This document shows, one piece after another, positions 53,487 to 64,000 of a DNA stretch of 64,000 nucleotides (position 1 is its first letter; each line of letters starts with the position of its first letter). The notes under the pieces are model-generated. The model was not told the origin of the DNA, did no database searches, and saw only the letters and a list, made by a program, of their open reading frames with translations. The position numbers and the translations under genes were made by a program. Source of the stretch: Octopus vulgaris (Eukaryota); NCBI GenBank assembly GCA_951406725.2, contig OX597820.1, forward strand, positions 73,470,001-73,534,000. Reading direction: 5' to 3'.

Positions 53487-54566
53487 GTGAAGAATTCCGG
53501 GTAGAGGTAGGGGTCCACCAAGGCTCAGTCCTCAGCCCCCTCCTATTTATCATAGTCCTCCAGGCAATAACGGAGGAATTCAAGACAGGATGCCCCTGGG
53601 AGCTCCTCTATGCTGATGACCTTGCTCTAATTGCTGAGTCATTATCAGAACTGGAGAAGAAGTTTCAGGTGTGGAAGCATGGTTTAGAATCGAAGGGCCT
53701 TAGAGTCAACCTAGCTAAAACCAAAGTCGTAATAAGTAGGAAGGTAGACAAATCACAAACGCCTTCAGGTAGATGTCCCTGCTCGATCTGTAGAAAAGGT
53801 GTAGGTAGAAACTCTATAAGATGCACCAAGTGTAAGCTATGGACACATAAGAGGTGCAGCAATGTCATAGGAAGGCTAACTAGGGAGATGGTTTTTGTAT
53901 GTGGCAGATGCTCGGGAGCATTAACCTCTGAAAAATCTGCAGAAAACAACTTCCGTCACTTTCCAGGGGGAAAAACTAGAAGTAGTTGATAGCTTCCGTT
54001 ATCTTGGTGACCAAGTCAGTAGTGGGGGTGGGTGTGCTGAAAGTGTAACGGCTAGAGTAAGAATAGCCTGGGCAAAGTTTAGGGAGCTCTTACCTCTGTT
54101 GGTGACTAAAGGCCTCTCGCTCAGAGTAAAAGGCAGACTGTATGATGCATGTGTACGAACAGCCATGCTACATGGCAGTGAAACATGGGCCGTGACTGCT
54201 GAGGACATGCGTAAGCTCGCGAGAAATGAAGCTAGTATGCTCCGTTGGATGTGTAATGTCAGTGTTCATAGTCAACAGAGTGTAAGTACCTTGAGAGAAA
54301 AGTTGGACCTAAGAGGCATCAGATGTTGTGTGCAAGAGAGACGATTGCGCTGGTATGGTCATGTGGTGAGAATGGATGAAGATAGGTGTGTGAAAAAGTG
54401 CCACACCCTGGCAGTTGAGAGGACCTGTGGAAGAGGTAGACCCAGGAAAACCTGGGTCGAGGTGGTGAAGCACGACCTTCGAACTCTAGGTCTCACCAAG
54501 GAGATGACCAGAGACCGAGACCTATGGAAGTATGCTGTGCGTGAGAAGACCCGGCAAGACCAGTGA
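53487..54566 (+). pseudogene. RTE reverse transcriptase C-terminal half, one frameshift
   Basis: GVHQGSVLSPLLF, LLYADDL, NLAKTK, then after the A5 run at 53931-53935 VDSFRYLG, HGSETW, RLRWYGHV, RGRPRKTW, stop at 54566. Confidence 0.92.
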
Positions 54567-54613
54567 GAACAATCAAAATCAAATCGTATATCAGAAAGCA
54601 GGGGTTAAGTGAC

Positions 54614-55224
54614 CCATCTGTTCGTGTCCGCTGTCAGCCTCGTCTGGCACCCGTGCCGGTGATACGTAAAAGCACCATTCGCTCGTGGCCGTTTGCCAGC
54701 TCTGCCTGGCCCCGTGTCGGTGGCACGTAAAAGCACCATCCGTTCGTGTCCGTTGCCAGCCTCGCCTGGCCCCGTGCCGGTGACACGTAAAAGCACCGTC
54801 CGTTCGTGGCCGTTTGCCAGCTCTGTCTGGCCCGTGTCGGTGGCACGTAAAAGCACCATCCGTTCGTGTCCGTTGCCAGCCTCGGCTGGCCCCCGTGCCG
54901 GTGACACGTAAAAGCACCGTCCGTTCGTGGCCGTTTGCCAGCTCTGTCTGGCCCCGTGTCGGTGGCACGTAAAAGCACCATCCGTTTGTGTTCGTTGTCA
55001 GCCTCGGCTGGCCCCCGTGCCGGTGACACGTAAAAGCACAGTCCGTTCGTGGCCGTTTGCCATCTCTGTCTGGCCCCGTGTCGGTGGCACGTAAAAGCAC
55101 CATCCGTTCGTGTCCGTTGCCAGCATCGCCTGGCCCCGTGCCGGTGACACGTAAAAGCACCATCCGTTCGTGGCCGTTCGCCAGCTCTGTCTGGCACCTG
55201 TGCAGGTGGCACGTAAAAAACACC
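54614..55224 (+). repeat. 10 x ~61-bp units as five A/B dimers in the RTE 3' UTR
   Basis: Alternating ..GTGTCCGTTGCCAGCCTCG..GTGCCGGTGACACG and ..GTGGCCGTTTGCCAGCTCTG..GTGTCGGTGGCACG, each followed by TAAAAGCACC. Confidence 0.95.
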
Positions 55225-55394
55225 CACTACACTCGCAGAGTGGTTGGCGTTAGGAAGGGCATCCAGCCATAGAAACACTGCCAGATCTGACTGGGCCTGA
55301 CGAAGCCTTCCAGCTTCACAGACCCCAGTTGACCCATCCAACCCATGCTAGCACGGAAAGCGGACGCTAAATGATGATGATGATGATGATGATG

Positions 55395-55433
<39 letters not shown>

Positions 55434-55617
55434 TACATACATAAGTATGTATGTGTGTCTGTGTTTGTCCCCCTAACATCGCTTGACAACCGATGCTGGT
55501 GTGTTTACATCCCCATAACTTAGCGGTTCTACAACATTTGTTTTTGAAAGTAGTGGTTTTCGGATTGCAGCCCTCACGTGAAATCCAGTTTTGTGCAGTT
55601 CCTGGCGAACAGTTTTT

Positions 55618-56192
55618 GTGGAAGACATGGGATGAGGTGGTCAAGCATGACCTTCAAATGTTGGGCTTCACAGAGGCAATGACGAAAGACCGAGACTTCT
55701 GAGATATGCTGTGACTGTGAAGACCCAACAAATGACGTGAGTTCATGGCTCGCAGGGCAGCCTCCTGTGCTAACCTTGGATCATAGAGTGACCCGCTGTT
55801 CTTGAGGAGACCTATTGAGTCAAGTACATGAACACCGACATCAAAATAAAAATCAATATATTTATACACACACACATATATATATACACACACATATGCC
55901 AGCTCCTCCCCCCATCATGCCAAACCCACCCCCCGTCCCAACTGGCTCCTGTGCCAGTAGCACGTAAAAAGCACCATCTGAACGTGGCTGATGCCAGTGC
56001 TGCCCGATTGGCTTCCGTGCCAGTGGCACATAAAAAATTCCCAATACATTCTCGGAGTAGTTGGCATTAGGAACAGCATCCAGCTGTAGAAACATTGCCA
56101 GATCAGATTGGAGCATACTGAGGTCTTTGGCTTGCCAGTCCCCAGTCAAACCATCCAACCCATGCCAGCATGAAAAACGGACGTTAAACAAC
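55618..56192 (+). mobile_element. Older 5'-truncated RTE copy
   Basis: KTWDEVVKHDLQMLG ORF end, UTR repeats, conserved terminus. Confidence 0.75.
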
Positions 56193-56427
56193 GATATATA
56201 TATATATATATATTCATGTTTGTTATTTTATAATAAGTACTGGTATCCTTATATATTAATATATTTTATATCTTATATGTAAAGCATAATATGTTATATG
56301 TATGTATATTATTGTAATTATCAGTGTAGTAAATAAATAAATAAGTTAACATAATATAATGCCTAAAAGTTGATGAACCACCTATTGATCCCCTCCATTT
56401 TCTTATTGCTATATATATATATATATA

Positions 56428-56991
56428 CGAGCAAAACGCCTCCCACCCCCGTCAAATGGATGGTGCTGAGTTGTCAAACATTTAAACCAAATATTCTCAA
56501 AGCAACTTGACTGACCGTCCCATAGGCCTCCCCTTTGAGAAACAAATATTTAACCTAAATTTGAGACACCAACAAAAGAAGAAATAAAGATAGACTTTTT
56601 TTCTATTCCAAATAGAAACGATTTTATTCCCACAAATATGCAACCGAAGAGTTTAAAGTACCAGTAATGATAAGGCTGTTGACTGGGAGAACACAAAGAT
56701 CGTTTAAACAGTAAGCTTGGCAGGAAAGAAACGTGCCTTTAAGCAGTACAAAAACAACAAAAAATAGAAGGTGCAGTTATGTACTGGTTGACGGAAGAAC
56801 AGTGGGACAAAAATGGCTTTATCAATTGCATTCTCACCAGGAATCAATTTTTGTAATATTTTTCATGACTTATACATGCCCTGATACCGTCAGTATTTAC
56901 ATATCAAATTTGAGCGCAATCGGATGGAGGATGCCCGAGATCCTAGAAGACACACACACACAGACAGACAGAATGGATTTTATATAATAGA
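56428..56991 (-). mobile_element. Non-autonomous Helitron-like element
   Basis: Minus 5' A|TCTATTATATAAAA followed by (TCTG)/(TG) tract; 3' end CTCG|T rather than canonical CTRR; sits in (TA)n. Confidence 0.5.
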
Positions 56992-57011
56992 TATATAAGT
57001 ATATATGTATA

Positions 57012-57044
<33 letters not shown>

Positions 57045-57780
57045 GTTTGTCCAGGATAGGACTACACAGCCACAGCAGGAAATATATTAGGATATGAAAT
57101 GTAAAAGCCAGACTAGACTATTTTATGCGCAACTCCATTGTCTCCCGAGACAAAAAGGATGCCAACCAATATACATATATATGTATGTAAGTATGTATGT
57201 ATGTATATATGTATGTATGCATGCATGCATCCATTCATCCATCCATCCATCCATCCATCTATTTAAGTATAAATTGTGCACTAGGCAACTAGTTGTGATA
57301 CTTACATCTCTGTACTGAAACAATACAAGATTTAACTGTGGTTGCATAAATGCATACATTACAACAGTGATAAATTTATATATATATATATATATATTTT
57401 AGCTACCAGCGTAAGAACTCATATAATGCAAATTGGAATTCCTGATTTACTGATGCTACCATATTTGGTGTACTTATAAACCCATTAGTTGTGTATTTCT
57501 CTGGGGAGATAAAAGCGATGCATATGGTTCCTGAGGAAAGGTACAATTAGGAGACAAAAATTCCAGTCAAATTATTCAGTCTTTTCTCTCTCTCTGTAGA
57601 GAAATGATACATAAAAACGAAAAACGTTTACCTTTGTCAGTCCATTTATTTATTCATTTATGCAGCTTTGATTAAATCTCATACTGTTTCTGTACATAAA
57701 TGTACTTATAAATACACACAAACCCACACACACACATATATAGTTGTGAAGATCTCTTCACATGAAACTACCAGTTGCCT

Positions 57781-58111
57781 TACAGTTCTATATTTAAGAG
57801 ATGAGGAATTATGTACATTATTTACATTCGACGGATATTTGTCTTCATCTTGTTTGTTGTTATGCCCATGGGCATATGGCGTAGTGGTTAAGAGTGCAGG
57901 CTACTAACCCCAAGATTCCGAGTTCGATTCCAAGCAGTGACCTGAACACCAACGATTAATAATAATAACATCGAAAAATACCTTAGGAATGAGAGCCCAG
58001 GTTCAAAATTTCCCCAAGACACCTGAAAAAGGCTGGAGGGTATATCAGCCAAAATGTTGTTTTAACAAAAAACAAGATGAGGACAAATATCCGTCGAATG
58101 TAAATAATGTA
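57781..58111 (+). mobile_element. tRNA-head / hammerhead-tail element (family P1), copy 2
   Basis: Inverted tail piece 57781-57862, A box TGGCGTAGTGG 57877, B box GAGTTCGATTCC 57920, (AAT)n, decayed hammerhead 58018-58063. Confidence 0.75.
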
Positions 58112-58522
58112 TCAGTGCCTTGTTAATTCATGAAAAAAAAAAAAGAATATCTGTCCACCAGTGCAGTGTTGAACACTCATTCTCTCTGCCTGATATCACC
58201 ATGAATATGTGAGGAACCCTTTTTGTCATTACCAAATGAGTGTCAGTTATAATTATCAATATCACCTGTTGTTTTATTGATTAAATTAATTACATGCTTC
58301 ATTTAGACACTGCCCCTTCATATCATGATGTTGTTGATATTAATCTCCAGGTCAATCTTAATTAGAGCAGAGCTTTAACGAAGATGACAAAGGGGACTTG
58401 TCAGCTGTGCAACCATTAACAGTCATGTTGCTAGGAGAGGTGGGGTATGGGGGCAGTCCAGCTTGGACAATGCTTTTATGAAGGCAGCTTTTTTGAGTCT
58501 ACTGTATTAGTCTAAATGAGCT

Positions 58523-58608
58523 GTAATCACCTGAGGATGGCCGCAAACCCAAGCAGTAATCACCTGAGGATGGCCGCAAACCCAAGCAGTAATCACCCGA
58601 GGGTGGCC
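58523..58608. repeat. 33-bp tandem repeat, ~2.6 copies
   Basis: GTAATCACCTGAGGATGGCCGCAAACCCAAGCA. Confidence 0.9.
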
Positions 58609-58699
58609 TGTGAGGCACACACTCTAGCTACACTACTAATGATTCCATCAATTCTAAGACCTCAATACATTACGTTGACCATATATGTGTGTGTACAGA

Positions 58700-59093
58700 C
58701 TTACTCTTTACTCTTTTACTCTCTTACTTGTTTCAGTCATTTGACTGTGGCCATGCTGGAGCACCGCCTTTAGTCAAGCAAATCGACCCCAGGACTTATT
58801 CTTTGGAAACCTAGTACCTATTCCATCACCTAACCGCCAAGTTACAGGGACACAAACACACCAGCATCGGTTGTCAAGTGATGTTGGGGAAGACAAACAC
58901 AGACACACATACATATATACATATATATACATATATACAACGGGCTTCTTTCAGTTTCCATCTAACAAATCCACTCACAAGGGCTTAGTCGGCCCAAGGC
59001 TATAGTAGAAAACACTTGCCCAAGGTGCCACACAGTGGGACTGAACCCGGAACCATGTGGCTGGTAAGCAAGCTACTTACCACACAGCCACTC
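58700..59093 (-). mobile_element. SINE family A, full length
   Basis: Reverse complement of the family A pattern. Confidence 0.85.
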
Positions 59094-59204
59094 TTTTGAG
59101 GAAGAATGAGAGTTTCACTTTCATGCAAATCTTCTTTTTCCACATCACTGTTGTTTATTCACAGAAAAAGCCACTGGCTTGGGCCAGTACAGTTTGGCAC
59201 CAGC

Positions 59205-59590
59205 CGTGTAAAAAGAGCTGATCCATAACTGTAGAGGGAACATCTGTTGAAGAGGTAGACCCAGGAAGACATGGGATGAGGTAGTTAAGCATGATCTTCA
59301 AATGTTGAGCCTCACAGAGGCAATGGCGAGACTGTTCGCGATATGCTGTGCTTGAGAAGACTCATCAAGTGAAATTACTCATGGCCATTGCCGGTGTCAT
59401 GTAAATGGCACTTGTGCTGGTGGCACATAAAAAGCACCCATTACACTCTTGAAGTGGTTGGTGGTGTTAGGTAGGGCATTCAGCCGTAGAAACCATGCCA
59501 ATTCAAGAGTGGAACCTGGTGCTGCTCTCCAGCTTAATAGTTTCAGTCAAACCATCTTACCCATGCCAGCATGGAAAATGGACAGTAAAT
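59205..59590 (+). mobile_element. 5'-truncated RTE copy, diverged
   Basis: RGRPRKTWDEVVKHDL ORF end and conserved UTR. Confidence 0.75.
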
Positions 59591-59749
59591 AGTGTTGGTG
59601 TTGGTGTTGGTGGTGGTGGTGGTGCTGCTGCTGCTGGTGTTGGTTGCTGCAAGTATTGCTATCAGACCTCAAAGAACCAAAATGAATACCACAAGGCATT
59701 CAGCCTGACCCTTTCGCAGTTCCACTTACCACACTGGATTCTCTTTGTC

Positions 59750-60115
59750 TTTTACGTGTTTCAGTCATTAAACTGTGGTCATACTGGGGCACTAACCCCA
59801 GGACTTTTTTTTTTTCAGCCTTGTACTTATTCTAGGAGTTTCTTTTTGCCAAAACGTTAAGTTATGGAAATGTAAACAAACCAACATTGGTTAAGTCGTG
59901 GTGGCTTGACAAACACAAAGACACACACACACACACATAGATGTATACACATAAACAATGGGTTTTTTTCAGTTTCCATCCACCAAATCCACTCACAAGG
60001 CTTTGATCAGCCCAGGGCTATAAATGAAGACACTTGCCCAAAGAGCCACACAGTGGAACTGAACCTGGAACTCTGTGATTGGGAAGCAAACTTCTTACTG
60101 CATAGCCACACCCGT
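59750..60115 (-). mobile_element. SINE family A, diverged
   Basis: Reverse-complement tail and head. Confidence 0.7.
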
Positions 60116-60459
60116 ACCTTTTTGATATTTTCTTTCTTTTTTTTTTCTTTTATCAAATTTGAAATGGTGAAAGCAAAGTTGACCTCAGCAGTATTTGAAC
60201 TCAAACCAAGAGACTCTTGTTTCTTGCAATTTGATGTTTTCAGCATAACTATCGTATGTTAGAGTTGTTTAGCTCTGGGCCTATACTGATCAAGCACGTA
60301 TATGATCAGTTGCATTCCAATTGCGACCATTTCTTCTTTTCCCTATGACTGTGTTATCCAATGTGTGTCCTCACCATTCCTATCATGGTGGAAGGCAATT
60401 TGAGGGAATCCAGCTATTATTTCTCGAAAGTTGAGTGAGTACCTAAAGGCTCATTTTTG

Positions 60460-61910
60460 TCACTACTTCTACTTCTTCTTCTCCTCCCCTCTTCTTCCTT
60501 CTTCTTTTCCTCTCCCTTTATCTTCTTCTTCTCCACCTCCTCCCCTCCCTTCCTCTTCCTCCTTTTTCTTCTCCTCCTCCTCCTCCCCTCTCATCTTTCT
60601 CCTCCCTTTTCTTCTTCTTCTCCTCCCCTTCTTCTTCTTCTTCTTCTTCTTCTTCTCTTGCCTCCCTTTTCTTCCTCTTGGGGTTCCCATCCATGACCAT
60701 CCCATCCTGTCTTTTTAATGACATGTCAAATGTGCCATTTCCCTATTTATGACAACAGAGTCATAATTCATGGAAGATTTTACTGTAATTTCCAGCAAAT
60801 TGAACAACCACATTGATGCTCCTTCAATGTCCACAATAACTGCTATTATTGTTGTTGTTATTGTTGTTCTTATTAGTACAACTGTTGATGTTTTAACTGG
60901 TTGTCAGTCTTACTATTTGTTGGGGTTTTGGGAATTTTTTTAACCTCCATTGTTAACAATGTGTTTCTTGATTTTCCATTGTTGGTGTTGTTGTTTTTGT
61001 TATTGTTGTTGTTGTTGTTGCTGCTGCTGTTGTTGCTGTTGATGTTGTTGTTGTTGCTGCTGCTTCATTTATTAGCGTTGTCACCCAGCAGTGAGAATCA
61101 CAAAAAATTCCATGTTAGTCTATTATCATCTTCTTCAGCGAGATTTAATTAAATGATGTTTCATAGATACAATAGGGAATAAGAGGAGAGAGAGAGAGAG
61201 AGGTGAGGGAAGGAGGGGAGAAAGAGAGAGAGAGAGAGAGAGGTGAGGGAAGTAGGGAGAACGAGAGAGAGAGAGAGAGAGAGAGAGGTGAGGGAAGTAG
61301 GGAGAACGAGAGAGAGAGAGAGAGAGAACTGGAATGAGACAGAGAGAGAGAATTAGAAAGAGGCAGAGAGAGAACTAGAAAGAGGCACAGAGAGAGAGAG
61401 AGGGGGAGAACTAGAAAGAGAGAGAGAGAGAAATAGAAAGCAAGAGAGAGAACTAGAAAGAGACAGAGAGAGAGAGAGAACTAGAAAGGAACAGAGAGAG
61501 AGAGAGAGAGAGGGTGAGAGTGAGAATGGGAGTGAGCAAGAGAAAATGAGAGAGTGAGTGAGAAAAGAGAGAAAGTGAGAGAGAGTCACAGGGAGAGGGA
61601 GAAGAGAAAGAAAAAGAATGAGCAAGAAAGAGAATGAGAGAGGAGAGAGCAAGTGGCTGAAAGGAAGAAAGAGACAGAGGGAGAGACAGAAATAGAGAAA
61701 TTGAGAGAGAGAGAATAAGAGAGAGTGAGAAAAAGAGTGAAAGAGAATGAAAGTGAGAATGAGAATGAAAGACACAGAGAGGGGGGAGAAAAGAGAGAGA
61801 ACTAGAGAGACAGAGAGATAGAGAGAAATGGAATAAGAGAGAGTGAAACAAAAAATGAATGAGAATGAGAGAGAGAGAGAGACAGACAGAGAATGAAAGC
61901 TAATGAAAGA

Positions 61911-61965
<55 letters not shown>

Positions 61966-62800
61966 AATTGAAGAAACTGGGATAAAGACTTTGTGAAAGA
62001 AAAAAAAGAAGAAAAATGTTAATGAATTTTTCCAATAAATATATTAGCACTTCATTAATGTCAGATCTATTGTCAATGTTAGGCTCCCTAAATACCATTT
62101 TCTCAGAATCAATAAGATTCCTGGGGAATAATCATCATCATTATCATCATCATCATCACTATGGCCATCATTACCACCACCACCATCACTATGACTACCA
62201 TAATCATCATCATTATCACCACCACCACCACCACCATGATGATCATCATCATCATTACCATCATCACTACCATCATCACCACCACCACCACCACTCTCAT
62301 CATCACCACCATCATCATCACCATCATCATCATCATCATCATCACCACCACCACCACCATCACCACCACCACCATCATCATCATCGCTATGACCATCACC
62401 ACCACCTTCATCTCCATGACGACGACCATTACTACATCCATTACTTTGGCCACCATAGTCATAATCATCATCGTTACCATCATCATTACCATCATGGCCA
62501 CCACTATCATCATCATCATCATCATCATCCTCATGCAATTTGATGGACGAGTGTATAATACTCTCATTCATCAACTATTTCTAGAATTTGTCAATTCGTC
62601 AGTCAACCTTATCTTTTGTAGCCGATCACAGCTAGCATCTTGCCACTACCACCACCACGATCACCACCACCACCACCATCATCATCACCACCACCACCAT
62701 CACCACCTCCACCATCATCACCACCGCCATCATCCCACCACCATCATCATTGCCGCCACCACCTCCACTACCTTCATCACTGCCACCACCACCACCACCA
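60460..62800. repeat. Low-complexity block: (CTT/CCT) 60460-60680, (GTT) 60980-61065, (GA)-rich 61180-61965, (CAT/CAC) 62130-62800
   Basis: Directly visible. Confidence 0.9.
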
Positions 62801-63004
62801 AATATCACAGGCATGGCTGTGTAGTTAAGATCTTCGGTTCACAACCTCATGGCTTTAGGTTTGCTCCATGTTGATACCAACTTGAAATAATGTCTTTGTA
62901 GCAGACAGCAGCATCACATTGTCCTTGATGTTGACACTGGGATATTTGACCACTAAATAATATATACATCTTCATTCAGATATCTTTTTTTATTAATGCT
63001 TATT

Positions 63005-63712
63005 ATCTGTACATTAAATACATTATTTAAATTAGATGGATATTTGTTCTCATCTTGTTTGTTGTTAACACAACGTTTCAGCTGATATACCTTCCAGTCT
63101 TCATCAGGTGTCTTGGCTAAATTTCAAACCTGGGTTCTCATTCCTAAGGTATTTTTCAATATTGTTATTATTATTATTGAGTGAGAGAGCAGTTCATGCC
63201 ATCAAAGTGACACTGGGGTAAAATATACGAAGCCCAATATACCCATCATGACTACCCGTCTGATAAGGGTACACCAGGCACATGCATCACAACCATATGT
63301 GCGCGACATGGTCATCTCATATCAAGATAAACAGCACATGACCTTGCAGGTGGGGCCCCAGTTAGAATTTTCTTCAGGTTGAGTAGCTCATCCCACTCAA
63401 AAGGTCCCTGAATAAGGGTTGTTTAAGGATGTTGAAAGAACCACCCATGTTTCCAGAGGTGAACTATTCAAACCCCAAAGAATACCTCTCAACACATGGC
63501 TATGATGCTCCCCCACTACTTCTGCTCGTGATCAGAGATGCACATATCATCAGCCACTAAGGGAAATGCTCAACCGGTTACAGTCAAACAACTGACAAGC
63601 AAATCTGTGGTATTGAGCAGAATATTTGCTGTAGCCCATCTTTTATACCAAGACAAAACAATGTACATGATAACACTTCCAATCAGTTAAGATCTTATTA
63701 TTATTATTATTA

Positions 63713-63772
<60 letters not shown>

Positions 63773-63905
63773 TCACTGCTTGGAATCAAACTCGGAATCT
63801 AGGGGTTAGTAGCCCGCGCTCTTAACCACTATGCCATATGCCCGTGGTGAAGTGGTTATGAGTGCAGGCTACTAACCCCAAGATTCTGAGTTCGATTCCA
63901 GGCAG
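63005..63905 (-). mobile_element. tRNA-head / hammerhead-tail element (family P1), copy 3, split by the (TAA)n element
   Basis: Tail 63005-63165 with intact core at 63067-63112 (GACAC CTGATGA..GAAAC GTT GTGTT on minus), head 63767-63843 (-), inverted second head 63844-63905 (+). Confidence 0.75.
63179..63694 (-). mobile_element. Second copy of the (TAA)n-embedded element, ~45 bp shorter at one end
   Basis: Colinear and highly similar to 25484-25996. Confidence 0.7.
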
Positions 63906-64000
63906 TTAGTGGATTCAGTGGACAGAAACTGAAAGAAGCCTGCCATGTGTGTGTGTATGTGTGTGTATTTGTCTGTGTGTGTGTGTGTACCCTTGTCTAG

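Larger units (their letters stand above)
53487..55394 (+). mobile_element. 5'-truncated RTE-clade LINE
   Basis: RT C-terminal half, 3' UTR with tandem repeats, (GAT)n tail. Confidence 0.92.
53301..55530 (+). mobile_element. SINE family A split by the RTE insertion
   Basis: Head 53301-53486; tail resumes 55450-55530 after the RTE (GAT)n tail. Confidence 0.75.

Noticed and set aside
54591-55341. 210- and 235-aa minus-strand ORFs and CRISPR-like periodicity
   Set aside because: Read-through of a GC-rich tandem repeat; the variable parts alternate between two types rather than being unique spacers
58523-58608. Tandem CTGAGGA units resembling a hammerhead array
   Set aside because: No GAAA or stem III
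62016-62874. Poly-His / poly-Asp-Gly ORFs
   Set aside because: (CAT/CAC)n microsatellite open in most frames; no splice or domain support

Overview
AT-rich, microsatellite-dense eukaryotic DNA. The repeat families and base composition suggest an octopus/cephalopod genome (recalled, not verified). Most of the window looks like intron filled with repeats: three tRNA-derived SINE families, many 5'-truncated RTE LINE ends, one younger RTE copy (53487-55394) with a C4HC3 PHD-like finger inside its RT, a mariner fossil, hAT/piggyBac/Tc1 MITEs, Helitron/Helentron elements and a (TAA)n-embedded element. Two phase-compatible coding exons of an unidentified + strand gene are plausible (42984-43051 and 51721-51859). 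Nearly all ORF-track entries are microsatellite or SINE artefacts. The most striking signal is a set of type I hammerhead ribozyme motifs in about seven different short repeat families. One is fully canonical (21380-21462), several sit in inverted fold-back pairs reminiscent of Penelope-like element termini, and one family fuses a tRNA-type Pol III head to a hammerhead-bearing tail (three copies). All coordinates were read by eye; repeat boundaries are approximate.
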